Numbered from the stretch's first letter, positions 1 to 12,501 are shown. The stretch is DNA of 64,000 bases from Malacoraja senta (GCA_038087875.1 JAXLNO010000061.1:1-64000), one strand, 5' to 3'. Notes: generated from the sequence alone by a model not told the origin. Numbers and translations are program-made.

Positions 1-640
1 AGTATCTAAAAAAAATCTTTGTTTTCGAGACCATACTTTGACTTTAAATCTTGGAAGCTCATAAACTCGCCATTTTCTGAAACTGTATACATTGCCGTTA
101 TGCCTTTTTGTGCCCCATTCTTTGAATTGAATAATACACCCCTGGCTTAAACTTTGAGTCATATGTGAACCACTTCAATGCATGAACCCCTTTTTAATTT
201 GTATTTTTCCACTAAAACATTCCATATTTCTAACGCAAATGCTACTATTGGATCCAAAGCATGTCTCAAAGCCCCTCTCAGATATTTGTCTCCCACCAAA
301 ATCTGAGTCTGGTAACCCTGTATCTCCCTTTCCATTTCTTTCCATCGAGATTCATAATCAGGTCTACACCAACAAGCCAGAGGTCTGAGTTGAGCTGCAT
401 AAAAGTATTTCCTCAGATTTGGTAAAGCCATTCCACCCTTACTTTTCGGCAGTTGAAGTGTTGTTAGTTTTATTCTTGTTTTTTTGCTATTCCAAATGAA
501 TCTAGAGATCATCTTATCCCAGGCTATGAATTTGTCTCGGGGAACATTAATTGGGAGAGATTGGAATAAATATAGTAGTTTAGGTAGGATATTCATTTTT
601 ACCGTTTGTATTCTGGCACTGAAATCTAAAGACAGGCCTT
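1..640 (-). mobile_element. L1/Tx1-clade LINE ORF2 fragment (post-RT region)
   Basis: C-terminal part of ORF 159..758 reads ARIQTVKMNILPKLLYLFQSLP..FIWN..LPKSKGGMALPN..YFYAAQL, homologous to GRINAIKMIFLPQILYLFQSIP..GGLALPN in the L1 ORF2 at 53339..55855. Confidence 0.85.
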
Positions 641-854
641 TCACTCTGCGAAACTTGAGGGCAAGGCTTTCGAAGGCGGCGTCGGAGGCAAACTTCTCCC
701 TGGCCAGGTTCTCGATCACCTCGGGCTCGAGTGCACAGTGCTTGAAGAAACTGTCCAAGCCCGAGCAGGCTCAGGAGAAGCGACAGCTGATGTCGGAGTG
801 CGAGCGCCGTAATCCACCTTCATCAACCTGCTGCTTGAGCGGCTCCTTGGGACG

Positions 855-1700
855 ACCTGGTGCTGCTTCTCGTGGAGCTGCTGGTGTGGTTACTTGTGCA
901 CCCTGGGATGCTGCTGGTGTGGTGACTGGTGCTTCCTGGGGTGCTGCTGGAGTGGTTAGTTGTGCACCCTTGGGTGTTGCTGGTGTAGTTACTTAAGGCC
1001 GTGTCTTACCTGTTTGCGGTCATCGGCGGTGAAGCGCGGCGTCGCCGGTAGCGAGGACCGCGCGGCAACGGCGAGAGCGTCGAGCCTATCCACCGGAGCG
1101 CCGCACGCATGCTGCGCGGGGGCCGAGTTAATTCAAACACGGCGGGTCCCACGTGCTTGCGGTAAGTAAAAAAAGGGCGGGCCGACTGCGATGACGTCGG
1201 CCCCCCGCACGTGACTCACCAGCGGCGGCTGTGGCGGCGGCCATCCTGATCGCGGCGCTGTAGTGGTGGCTGTGCCTGCGGCCGCGCAGCACACGTGCCT
1301 CACTGGCGGCGGCACGTGCGTCACTGGCGGAGGCTGTGGCAGAGGAGGTTTGACGCACGGCGCTCGACCCACACTGGCGGCGGCCCGTGCGAGCGGCCGT
1401 GCGCACTCGTGCATCACTGGTGGAGGTTGTGCGGTGAGTATTTGGTTTTCGACATTGTCGATTTTATTTTTGCACCGCGCGGTGTTGGGAACACCGTCGC
1501 ACGGCCCGGGAATTGTTCTTTCTCACGAGTGCGCGGTCTATGGTGGCAGATTCTTCCCGTTTCGCCGCCAATGACCGCAGATTCGTGAGACAGACCTTTT
1601 CTGCACCCTGGGGTGTTGCTGGCGAGGCTGCTGTTTCTCCCTGAGGTGCTGCTTGTGCGGTTACTTGTGAACCCTGGGGTGCTGTACCCTCTGCTAATTC
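855..1700. repeat. ~30-bp coding tandem repeat (VTTPAAPQGA-like) in the FAM110 linker, split by a MITE
   Basis: Units like gctgctggtgtggttacttgtgcaccctgg occur at 855-992 and resume at 1600-1700. Confidence 0.7.
995..1598. mobile_element. ~600-bp GC-rich MITE (Harbinger/PIF-like termini), copy 1
   Basis: Near-identical to 40840..41443. Imperfect TIRs aaggccgtgtcttac / gtgagacagacctt. Interrupts the FAM110 repeat. Confidence 0.85.
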
Positions 1701-2284
1701 TCCCCCTTCCGACGTTGCTGCTCCCATTGCCAGCCCCTGCTGCTTGTCGCCCCGGCCACTAGAGCCGGACCAGGCTGCCACTGCCCTTGAAACTGTGGGC
1801 GCTGCTGGTGGCCGCCGCTCCTCGCACAAACTCGCACTTCAGCCGGTACATGACCAGCGAGTCGGGCCTGAGCTGCCTCTTGGAGCAGGAGCGACGCACA
1901 ATGTTAGGCGGGAGCCCCAGCTGCCTGCTCTGCTGAGGTTGCCAGAGGCCAGGTAAGTCTTTGTGTTGCTGCTGGCCCCGCTTCCGCTGCTGCTGCCTTC
2001 TTCAGAGGCAGAGCTGCCCAACCCATTGGGCTCCACTTTGCACCCCCTCGCCATCTGGCTCTTCAAGTACTTGGCCTTGTCGGCAGCCAGTCTCTCCACT
2101 GCGCTCTGCCGACCCCACCTGTCCCCCTCCATTTGACTGCGGAGGTAGCTTTGGTCATGAGCTTGAGCGGCAGAAAGACGCTCGCCTCGGGCGGCATGCT
2201 TGCAGTGGGCGCGATCTCACTCGGCATCTTACTTTGATCCAGCCAACGTGGACAAACACTTTTTCTCGTCGACGAAGAAGCAAA

Positions 2285-2622
2285 GACCAGGACTTCCATG
2301 AGCAATCACCTTAATCCACATTCACTATGACTTTGCCCATAACTTGGACAAAGTCGTGACTAGGTTTGCGCAGTTACATTCTTGGAAAATGGAACTGGAA
2401 AACATGAATTCTGGCTAAATGGCAATATATGCAGGCGTACCACGAGTGTCCGTCGCTTGCATCACTACACCAGGACTTCCATGAGCAATGTCAGGCTGTC
2501 TGCACTTGCTTTAATGTACATTCACTATGACTTTGCCCATGACTTGGACAAAGTGGTGACTAGTTACATTCTCGGAAAATGGAACTGGAAAATGTGATTT
2601 ATGGCTAAATGGCAATATATGC
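2285..2622 (+). mobile_element. hAT transposase C-terminal (dimerisation) fragment, tandemly duplicated
   Basis: RRLHHYTRTSMSNVRLSALALMYIHYDFAHDLDKVV matches the hAT/ZMYM1/THAP12-type C-terminal pattern. Two copies at ~2285-2432 and ~2470-2622. Confidence 0.65.
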
Positions 2623-2960
2623 TGGTCTGCCAAGAGTGTTGTCAAAGTCTGTGAGAGGAACCCTGAACTGTCTGCTAATACCCTCACACTTTGGGAGCCC
2701 AAACAGGGCACTGCAAGAAGAGGTAGAAGTCGGGCTACCTACATCAGTGTACTAGCTGCAGAATGACACAGGCCTTGGACAGCGTTAACGAACTGAGGAC
2801 TGCCATTAAAGATAAAGTCACACTTCGGGAGACCAAACGTGGCACTGCAAGAAGAGGTAGAAGTAGGGCCACCTACATCAGTGTACTGCGGAACGACACA
2901 TGCTTTGACAGCATTTAACAAACTGAGGACTGCCATGCTAGATAAACTGGTCTGGGGTGC
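2623..2960 (+). mobile_element. RTE-like LINE ORF 3' end fragment, tandemly duplicated (~133 bp)
   Basis: LWEPKQGTARRGRSRATYI..DTGLDSVNELRTA resembles an RTE C-terminus. ggcactgcaagaagaggtagaagt is repeated at 2707 and 2841. Confidence 0.5.
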
Positions 2961-3999
2961 TATATTCGTGGAACCAGGAATGGCATATAGGCAAAGGCCA
3001 ACGAATGCCTTTGCATTAGTAGTAGGGGTAAATGGCAATATACATCAAGGAGCACTTGAATGATTATGCAGCATCATGCCAGCATGTTTGATTGTTTGGT
3101 AAACTATAAGATGAATTGCAAAATGTATGTATATTATCATATTTTTATGTTATGGAATCAAAATCATGAATTATAAATTCACATTTCAAAAATGGTTTCA
3201 CAATTCAGTAGTACTGATTTTCAGTATTCCATAATGATATTTGAGAATACAAGAGGTTGCATGCAAAACACTGATTTTCAAAAATCCAGTTTCTGTGTAG
3301 TACGTTCTATTGCATTTATGAGAAATACCGATTTCCAAAACAAAATACTAATTTTCAGCCATCAAAATACGGAAATGCTCGGTGAAACTTGGCAGCTCTG
3401 AAATTATTAACAATCATATTATTTGAGAATTCAAAATGTGATTTGTGATCTTGTTTATGAGTCATCATGGAACTAGAATTTGTTATAATAATGACAGTAA
3501 AATAGGTTAGTTTAAAACCGATCATAGTAATGTAAATGCACCATTTAGTTTGACTTCAATTTTCATGATGGAAATTGAAGTCGAACTAAATGTATTCACA
3601 TCACTATTCCATGTTAATATTGATGTGATGTGAAGTTGTTAGGTCAGGAGGACCATTAAAGGTACACTGCACCCACTAACACAGTCTAACAGTAACAGGC
3701 AATCAAATTAACATGAAACATTTTCTAAAAAAAGGTTTTCTTTACTGCAACAACTTATAGTATTCTATTTGCATGTTTTGCATGCTCCTTTATAACATTT
3801 TACATAACATTTTACAACAGCACAACTTGATTATTAAAACAAGGACAACAATTCTTGATTTTAATAAATGTATACAACAATGACCCCAATCATCCCATTC
3901 CACCCACTCATTAATCTTGACTCCACCAAAATTATTTCTATAATATTGGTCATAAATTTGGTGCAAAAATGCTCTAAAGTAAGGCTCAGAGTGCAACAG

Positions 4000-4420
4000 A
4001 GATCATCTAAATCCCCGGCTGCGAGGGGCTTCACGCTCATGTTGTGTGCTGTGCGCACATTACTTCACATAAATTTTTTGTAATCCTTTCATGCCACCCC
4101 CCTTTTTGAAAAGCTTCGTACGGGCCGGTGAATGGGAAGGAGAGGATGCAGTGTCCATTCTTTGCAGACTGGGGTCTGGCTGTGTTTGTTGGAGAGGGCG
4201 TACCAGGGTTACGTTTCTGATTTTTAAACCTGCAGTAAAACTCATTCAGGTCGTTCGTCAGCTGACGATTCTCCAAAGAGCGGGGGGCTTTCCTCTTATA
4301 GCTGGTGATTTCTTGCATGCCCTTCCGAACTGAAGAAGAGTCACTAGCTGAGAACTTGCTCCTCAACTTCTCAGAGTACCTTTCCTTGGCAGCTCTGATT
4401 CCTCTTCTCAGCTATTTATC
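4000..4420 (-). mobile_element. Rex1/Babar LINE ORF fragment
   Basis: YSEKLRSKFSASDSSSVRKGMQEITSYK..LTNDLNEFYCRF is typical of the Rex1 pre-RT region. Confidence 0.7.
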
Positions 4421-4889
4421 GATTAGGCTATCTTTTAACTCTTTAATGATTAGGCTATCGGCTTGACGCATATTTGCCCCCACCCCCCCCCCCCCCCGAT
4501 CGCGAAATGGAAATGTTACAACTGTATATAATGATCCCATTAAAATGTATATTTATCACAAACTATCGAATTCATATTTTTCAGTATTGTTATAATACAG
4601 TACAATACAATACAATACAATACAATACCGTTTATTGTCATTTGAACCTCAAATGAAGTTCAAACAAAATAGTAAGATTAAACGAGAACTTACCAGTTTG
4701 AAGTTTGATCATTATTTTATGAGGAGTTACGATGAGGGATTACGTGAAGAAGGCCATCCCCATGCGTGCGTGTCAATCTTCAAAGCAGCGGTGTGAAATC
4801 ACAGATAACAGTGTTGAACTAACATAGTAAGATTAGAGTTGACTAGAACTTACAGAAAGATCGTTATGTTACGAGGGCCGGGAGCGGAG

Positions 4890-5003
4890 GGCACGTAATC
4901 CCTCATTTTAACCCCTCATAAAATAACGATCAAACTTCAAACTGGTAAGTTCTCGTTTAATCTTACTATTTTACTTCGGAGTCACGTGAGTGACTACGTG
5001 AAG
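4890..5003. repeat. DIRS internal complementary region (ICR) of element A
   Basis: Reverse complement of the left terminus joined directly to the reverse complement of the right terminus (..tcttactat|tttacttcggagtcacgtgagtgactacgtgaag). Confidence 0.85.
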
Positions 5004-7599
5004 ATTTTGAAGCTCTGTGATTTCATGCCGTGGAAAACGAGTCCACACAAGCACAACTGCATGAGTTGACCACAGATAAAGGAAACATTCATAATGCATA
5101 CAGACATGACATAGATTTAAAACATGCTGATGCTGATAAATGAACAAATAACAATAATAAACGTAACCCCTCTCATCCGAGGGGAAAAACTATGAAACAG
5201 AACCTAAAATAGAGTTGGCAAATACCCCTGGTCTGGCAATGGGTTAAAATAAAATGTTTAGGAACCTTGTACGTTAGACCATCCTGCAGTCGGCAGGATG
5301 TGGTCCAGAGGACCATACATAACCCTTGCTGCTGATGTAGTAGCAGCCCTGGTGGAGTGAGAATAAGAAATTAGTATCATTAGTATGAGCCAGAACCCTG
5401 TGTTAACCACATGGAGGTAGTCTAAACTGATACCTTCTTATGAGGTTATTAGTAACTAACTACATAGGTAGTATGAGAGCCTCTAAAGCTCTAGGTGACC
5501 TTGACGTAATGTTGTAAATGTGTGACGACACATAACCGAAGGTGCATGGGGTATGCCATGAGAACTAGTTTGAGACCTGACACCCCTGGGCTACACTGCA
5601 TAAATAAATCGTAAACATGAAATATTATATGTAGGTATAACCATCCTGTCCAGTCGCAATTTATGTAATGACTGGATCCGTTGTGCTGAGAACAGCAACA
5701 ATGGTATACCTTATGAGCCCCGAGCCCAAGGTAGGGATATAGCTGGAGCCCCCTGGCAAAGTAGTGTCAACACAATGTCAATATCCCATACTCCGTGTAC
5801 TTGGGTCTGGGAGAACATGTGTAAAGATATCCTTAATAAACTAGAATCAGAGGGTGAGACCCGACAGAGCTGGGTCCCACTCGCTACAGCATATATGATG
5901 AGAAAGCACGTTGAGCACAGTTAATGGGACAATAACTTAATTTATTGTCAAGGGACCATAGAAAATGAACTCTAAGACGTCAGTGTCCGTGCCATATTAT
6001 ATGTAACATAACACTTAAGCAGAACGCTTCCCATCTCCTGAAGAGGAAATGTACTGCTATTTTTGGTGCAATCCCTGCACTCTGCAGTGAGCACATACAT
6101 GGATTGGTCTGACAACCCAAGCCGCAGGAGCTGTCTTCTCAGATTCTGTAAGGCAATAAATTGATTAATCATACAGAGGCTGGTTCCCCGAGTCCCAGGC
6201 TGAACCAGCATGATTTATGTTTAGAAACCCCATATAAGGTTCTACTATAATTCCCAACATTTGCAGGAAACCATGGCTACATAGGCCACTCAGACAGTAC
6301 GAAAAACCCTAAAGCGGGATCTTGCTGAATCATTGCAAGAGCCGACTGATGAGGTAAAATGGAGCAACGCCACAAAAGAACATTCCTCCATCGTGTAGCA
6401 AGAATGTATCTCTTGCCACTGCGATGCCACATGTCTTTACAACCTGGTGAATGAGCCTGGATGCAAACATATCGATATTTGGTGTTCCATCGAGGCATAA
6501 TGTCATAAAATACTAGTGATGCAACATCCATTCTGTGTTGTCATTGATTTACGTGATGATACACCAGTGCCAAATAAAGTTGGGTAAATTATGACAGGAT
6601 ACTTTGACTTGATTGCACCCATGTGACCAACATAAGCCACCACCACAGTGTATCAACCTGGAATTGAGCATGCAGATCATGCATATCCGCATAACAAACC
6701 TTTTAACCCATAGTATGCACCTAGTGTCTATAGGTAGTTGATACCAATAACTGAAGAATTGGTAATTCATGCAAATCCCATCCCTCCATAACTAGAGATG
6801 GCATTTGTAATTTCCCATCTTTAAGCACTAGCATCAGTCTGTAAATACAACTGAAGATTATTGACCAAAACTACTGGAGCAATGCTGAATAATGTTCATC
6901 CACATTGTGACCCTGATGGCTTCAGCTGGTAATAGCATAGGTCTGTAACAATGAGTTAACTTGCACTTAAGAGATTACTAATTTGCACATTGTAAGTTCT
7001 GATAATGCAAAGGCCCAATTGCATAGCTGAAACACAGCTGTTAAATGCCAATTACACTTAATGAAAGAATACTGCTTGATAACAAGGTTGTTACAGGCTT
7101 CTATTAATTCCAATCTCTTGACCCAGAGTGAAGTCACAGATAAATAATAGTTAAAGGTACAACCAAAAACAATAGCTGTAGTTGGTATCAACTTAAATTT
7201 ACCTCAATATCTCAAATATAGTTGCGGCTGAAAAACAGTTGATTTTAGCAAAACACAGCATTAGGAATCTCGTCCAGGTAAGGCATAACAAGTGTTTTTT
7301 GAGCTCTGAGCAGTCCCAGTTTAGTAAATTGGTAGATTAGCTGGGAGCTGAAATTAGCCCATTTACAACACATTAACTGTTATCATGCCCCATCCAGGTA
7401 AATTCCAAATTACTTCTGGGATCCCTGTGAATGGGATCTGAAATAGTATGCATCTTTGAAATCGATGCATGCCATAAATATCTTTAAAGAAATCAGTTTG
7501 TTAGACAGTAACAAAGTACCATATCCTGAAAATCTATGTTGTAAATGTGAGTTTAAATCAACTATGAACCGACATCCTCCATCTTTTACAATAAAACAG

Positions 7600-7862
7600 G
7601 CAACGCCTGCCATAATTCCGTGCCTGCCTTAAATCACAACTCTGGCCAGATTCCCGAGCCTGTCTCGAGAGGTGATCCTGACCATAATACTGAGACTGCC
7701 TTGAAAGACAACTCTGGCCATAATACTGGGCCTGCCTTGAAAGGCTACTCCGGCCATAATTCTGAGCCTGCGTCGAAAGGCAACTCTGGCCAATTCCCGA
7801 GCTTGTCTCGGAAGGCAATCCTGGCCGTAATACTGAGCCTGCCTCGAAAGACAACTCTGGCC
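7600..7862. repeat. 36-bp minisatellite (~7 units) inside DIRS A
   Basis: Unit caactctggccataatactgggcctgccttgaaagg; 12-aa periodicity in ORF 7558..7872. Confidence 0.8.
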
Positions 7863-7985
7863 CCAAATCCAAGCCAAGCTTGGTACCCTTGTACTGTGCA
7901 ATAACAACACAATCTCATACTATCATTATCATTTGTACAAAGACCAATTGTAAATATCACCAACTTGTAAATGGCCTACTTACCC

Positions 7986-8834
7986 CAAGATGGCGGATGT
8001 GCAGGAGTGGGCGCCGTTTCTATGGCAGCCTGCCTGCAGTCCGTCGTCTAACTCTTTTATTGTTTGAATATTTTTTATTTTTTTATTATTTGGAGTCTAT
8101 TCTTTCTATGTGGGGGGGGGGGGAACTGTTTTAACCCCAGTCCTACCTGGTCGGAGATGCGGTTTTCCTCCGAATCGCGTCTCCGGTCTCCCCATGCGGC
8201 CTTCCATCGGGCTGGAGCGGCGTTTCCTGCCGGGGACCACAGCTTCGGCAGCACAGCGCTGGGACACCAACGGGGAGCAGGCGATGCCTTGTCGGGTCGC
8301 CGCTCCGGAGTGCTGTGGCCGCCGACCACCAACATCGAGCGGCCGTGGTCTGCGGTCTGCGGTTTGGGGGCATCCCGCCACGGGCGGGCGGCGCTGGATC
8401 GGAAGCACCGCGGAGTCGAAGCTCCAACCGGCGCGGCCTGAAGTCCGCGGGCGTCGCAGTCTCCGGGGAAGGAGCGGCCGCTCCAGACATTTCCAAGCTG
8501 CTGAGGACTTTTCCACCCGATGCGGGTGGGCAAACAACATCGGGCTGCCGTTGCGGCGACTGGCTGCAGTGGCCTCAGACTGGCCCCGACCTCGGGTGGA
8601 CTAGGAGGAGGAGGAGGACTGGACATTTTAGTGCCTTCCCTCACAGTGGAGAGTGTAGATTCTACTGTGGGGGGATGTTCGTGTTTGTGTAAAATCTCTT
8701 ATAGTGTGTTGTCATTTTTTCTATCTCTTTTTATTATTTGTTTGGTTAGTAACTGTAAAGCACTTTGGCTTTTGATTTAAATCAATTGGAAAATGTGCTA
8801 TATAAATAAACTTATTATTATTATTATTATTATT
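7986..8834 (+). mobile_element. Non-autonomous GC-rich retroelement with L2-type 3' tail and (ATT)n
   Basis: Starts caagatggcgg, carries gcctgcagtccgtc, and ends gtaaagcactttgg..gtgctatataaataaac(tta)n. No coding capacity. Confidence 0.7.
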
Positions 8835-11626
8835 ATGTTTCCGAAGAACCAGACCCACCTACCTCCATGGTTACTGGTGGTCTATGGTAAGCCCAACGGC
8901 CCCTGATGTGGGTTTTATTCCCATCCTTGATTGGAGAGTAGGAATGGTAGTGTATGTGGATTATATTTCCTGAGACCAGCTTGGACTTTGGCCTCTGCGC
9001 AGCTTTCAAGCTGCCACCAGCTTCAGTGAACTGCTTACTGACCACGAGGCGTGGGTTGTGTCGTCGCCGATACGGTGAAGCTTTGTTCGTTGTTGGTACC
9101 TTAATCAGCCCGACAGCTTTAGCTTCCTCATCCAGGTATACCTGTTGGATAAGTCTTACCTGAAGAGAAGATTCGGCGGCTGGTTTCATTTCCTCCAATG
9201 TCACCCCTGATAGCACTGTTCACTGCCGGCACTTGTAACGTGAGGGGAAACTCTGGCCCCTTCCGGGTTTCTGCCCACAGCAGTAACCCTTTCGTATGCG
9301 AATATTTCTTTAGAGCCATATGCATGTGCTCCAGTATGTTCCACGGACATACTTTGAATTTGAAGTCAGTTACATACTGACCACTCACACTCCCCTCCAC
9401 AGAGAGGGAGATTCGTAGGCAGCCCTGAGAACAGGTGCTGCCGCAGGCCTCTGAGGATACCTGCATCTGACTCAGTATAAAACTGGCCTCTTACGCTCCC
9501 CTCCTCAGAGAGGGAGACATCAAGCAGCCCTGACACAGGTGCCGCTGCTACGGGTTCTCCATAATACCCGGGCTCAGATAGCTCCCTTTGTTTTTGGAGC
9601 ATATCTCTTTGGAGCAACCTCTCGAATAGGTACTCCAGATGGGTCAGTTTTCCAATCACACTGCCCATAGAAGGAGGAGAGTCCTCCTGGCCCGACTCAT
9701 CCAGGGCCCTGACAAACTTTTAGTGGCTTTTCTCCCCTGCGGGGTAGCCAAGGTGCTCACTGCCGGCACCAAGTCTGTAGCTGCTGGTTCTACCGCCAGT
9801 GACTCGAAAAAGGCGAATTTTGACCGCCGGTCGCTACCCGCACGTCCGTGGTATCCGTAGCGGGTTCCCCACGGTCCGTGGCCGGGCTTTCCCGAGGTCG
9901 TGACCGGGATTCCCTGCCGTCCCTGACTGGGCTCCCCGCGGTCCTTAAGGTCCCCCCGCGGCCCGTCCGGACTTCGCCCCGAATCCAGCAGGCAAGCTCT
10001 GCAAGGAGCTTCCTGCAACACAAAACACAAACCCTAGAAATTAAGTTTTAAACTTACCGTCAGGTTTAAACTTACCGCTGGAAAGCAGCAACGCGCCCAC
10101 CAGTCGGTCGTTGCCCAATGCGACAGACGTAATGACGCGCACCCGTGGGGACGGCCTTCTTCACGTAGTCACTCACGTGACTCCGAAGTAAAATTTGGTT
10201 TCTGCTTTGATACAACAAGAAAAGGACCAAGACACACACCAACACAATGTACACAAACATCCATCACAGTGAATCTCCTCCTCACTGTGATGGAAGGCAA
10301 AGTCTTGTCTCTCCCCTGCTCTCCATTCTTCTCCCGATGTCAAAGCCCCCGGCAGGCAATGGCAAGTCCCGCGGCCATTAAGGCCGCACCGGGCGATGCA
10401 AGGCCGCGCTCCGGGTCTTGATGTTGGAGCCCCGGCGGGCGCTAGCAAGTCCCGCGGCCATTAAAGCCGCGCCGGGCGATGTAAGGCGCCGTTCCGGGTC
10501 ATCCTCAACCCCACAACTCGGGCGGGAGAAGTTGCCTTTGCGGGTGCTCCGAAAAGCAGTCTCCCACCAGGGACCCGCGAGCTCCCGATGTTACCGTCCA
10601 CCGGGCCTGCGGCTGGAGCCTCCGAAGCTCCGGAGTCGGGCCACAGCAGCGCGCCACCACAGCTCTCCACGCTCCGAAGCCGGCCAGCTCCACGATGGTG
10701 AGTCCGCAGGCTCCGCGACTAGAGCCCCCAGGTCATTCCGGTTGGAGGCCGCTCCACGATGCTAGACCCAAACGACAATGGAGACCCGACAGGGAAAAGG
10801 TCGGGTCTCCAGGTGCAGGGAAGAGATTTAAAAGTTTCCCCCACCCACACATACACAGTTAAAAACAATAAATACCACTACAAACTACCCTCAACGGGAC
10901 AATTTTTTTTTTAAGGCAGACGGACTGCAGAGGCCACTGCAACATCGGTCGCGCCACCCACATTATCAAGGAAAAGAAAGCAGTTCCAATTGTTTGATAT
11001 TATTTGATATTGTTTAATATTATTCATATGGAGGAGAAAATATAATAGCTCTAAAACCTACCTTAATTTTGCAATCTCACTAAAGATAATCCCCCTTTCC
11101 CTCTCCCCTCCACCTCTCTCTCCCTACCCATCTCTCTCTCCCCTCTCTCTCTCTCCCCATCTCCTCCCTCCCCCTCTTACATTCCCCCATCTTTCACCTT
11201 CCTCCCTCCCACGCAGCGTTGGATGGCCCACGGCGGTGGGGGGGGAGATGCGAGGGCCGGGGCGGGGGCTGGAAGAAAGGCGTGGGCGGGAGTGGGGGGT
11301 GGTGTGGGCGGAAGATGGCTTGGGTCCCGGCGGCGGGGGGAGGCAACGCAATATTCCACTACTTACCTGGAGTAGACACGAGCCATCGAGCTCAATGTGT
11401 GGAATGCAAATGGCAGTCTGACCTCGTCCGGGCCCATGGCTCACGCGCGGGGATACGGTGTAATTTTGCGTCGCATCCCCAACTGCGCAGGCATGGATGG
11501 TTGCATTTTTTTCTCCCAAATCATCCAGCGGGCCGGAACCAGAATTTCGGGCGATTTCCGACAAAGTGGAAATGCTGATTGCGCTCCGATTTTTTTTTTT
11601 TTCTCTGGATTTTTTCTTACTCTGGG

Positions 11627-12283
11627 CATCCATATACCTATCCAATTTATTTTTATATGATAAAATCGAACCTGCCTCCACCACTTCCACTGGGAGCTCA
11701 TTCCACACAGCTACCACTCCCTGAGTAAAGAAGTTCCCCCTCATGTTACCCCTAAACTTCTGTCCCTTAATTCTCAAATCATGTCCTCTTGTTTGAATTT
11801 TCCCTACTCTCAATGGAAAAAGCTTATCCACGTCAACTCTGTCTATCCCTCTCATCATTTTAAAGACCTCTATCAAGTCCCCCCTTAACCTTCTGCACTC
11901 CAAAGAATAAAGACCTAACTTGTTCAACCTTTCTCTATAACTTAGTTGCTGAAACCCAGGCAACATTCTAGTAAATCTCCTCTGTACTCTCTCTATTTTG
12001 TTGACATCTTTCCTATAATTTGGCGACCAAAACTGTACACCATACTCCAGAATTGGCCTCACCAATGCCTTGTATAATTTTAACATTACATCCCAACTTC
12101 TATACTCAATGCTCTGATTTATAAAGGCCAGCATACCAAAAGCTTTCTTTACCACCCTATCTACAGGAGATTCCACCTTCAGGGAACTATGCACAGTTAT
12201 TCCGAGATCCCTTTGTTCAACTGCATTCCTCAATTCGCTACCATTTACCATGTACATCGTATTTTGATTTGTCCTGCCAAGAT
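11627..12283 (-). mobile_element. CR1 LINE 3' ORF2 fragment
   Basis: QRDLGITVHSSLK..LYKALVRPILEYGVQFWSP..RRLRGDLIEVFK..FFTQ. Its 3' end is cut at 11627. Confidence 0.9.
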
Positions 12284-12501
12284 TTGTGGGTTAGCAGTAT
12301 TATTGCATCAATCCACTCAATTTTAAATAATTCTACATCAAAATTCATAAACAAGGATAACACTTTTTATTTCTGTCATTCATGGTAAGATTTACATAAT
12401 TTGCATCATTTTATGTGTGAGATACACAGGGTTGCAGTGTTTCGCATATCAGCTAACCAATGAAAGTGATGTAAAATTCAACATATTTCAAACAATGATA
12501 C

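Larger units (their letters stand above)
641..2227 (-). pseudogene. FAM110C: FAM110-family (most like FAM110C) pseudogene, frameshifted, MITE-interrupted and 3'-truncated
   Basis: ATG at 2227 gives MPSEIAP..LPLKLMTK, then a frameshift to YLRSQ..SAVERLAADKAKYLKSQ (FAM110 N-terminal motif SAVERLxADKAKYVKSQ). At 641-830 it reads GLRRSHSDISCRFS*..LDSFFKHCALEPEVIENLAREKF..SLALKFR (FAM110 C-terminal domain). In-frame stops near 1839 and 773. Confidence 0.8.
4671..10194 (-). mobile_element. DIRS-type tyrosine-recombinase retrotransposon A (degenerate)
   Basis: Termini agtaagattaaacgagaacttacc.. and ..cacgtgactccgaagtaaaat are shared with element B. Inverted subterminal repeats and an internal complementary region at ~4890-5003. 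Decayed YR, RT/RH (MACIDFKDAYY) and gag remnants. Confidence 0.85.
4595..10960 (-). mobile_element. Non-autonomous GC-rich retroelement (4595-4670 plus 10195-10960) split by DIRS A
   Basis: (tacaa)n tail and tttattgtcattt at ~4600-4670 join ttggtttctgc at 10195 when the DIRS is removed. The 5' end carries gcctctgcagtccgtctg, as in the copy at 50432-51405. Confidence 0.7.

Noticed and set aside
159..758. 199-aa ORF as a FAM110-L1 fusion gene
   Set aside because: Chance in-frame junction with a non-ATG start and upstream stops.
7600..7862. 36-bp repeats resembling a CRISPR array
   Set aside because: Units are contiguous with no unique spacers, there are no cas genes, and the context is eukaryotic.
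8064..8692. Stacks of overlapping Arg/Pro/Ala-rich ORFs here and at 1-1.6, 10.2-10.8, 12.8-13.4, 37.6-39.3 and 50.5-51.3 kb
   Set aside because: Expected from stop-poor GC-rich repeats; no recognisable domains.
11124..12257. 377-aa ORF as a novel protein
   Set aside because: A CR1 fragment reading through into unrelated low-complexity flank.
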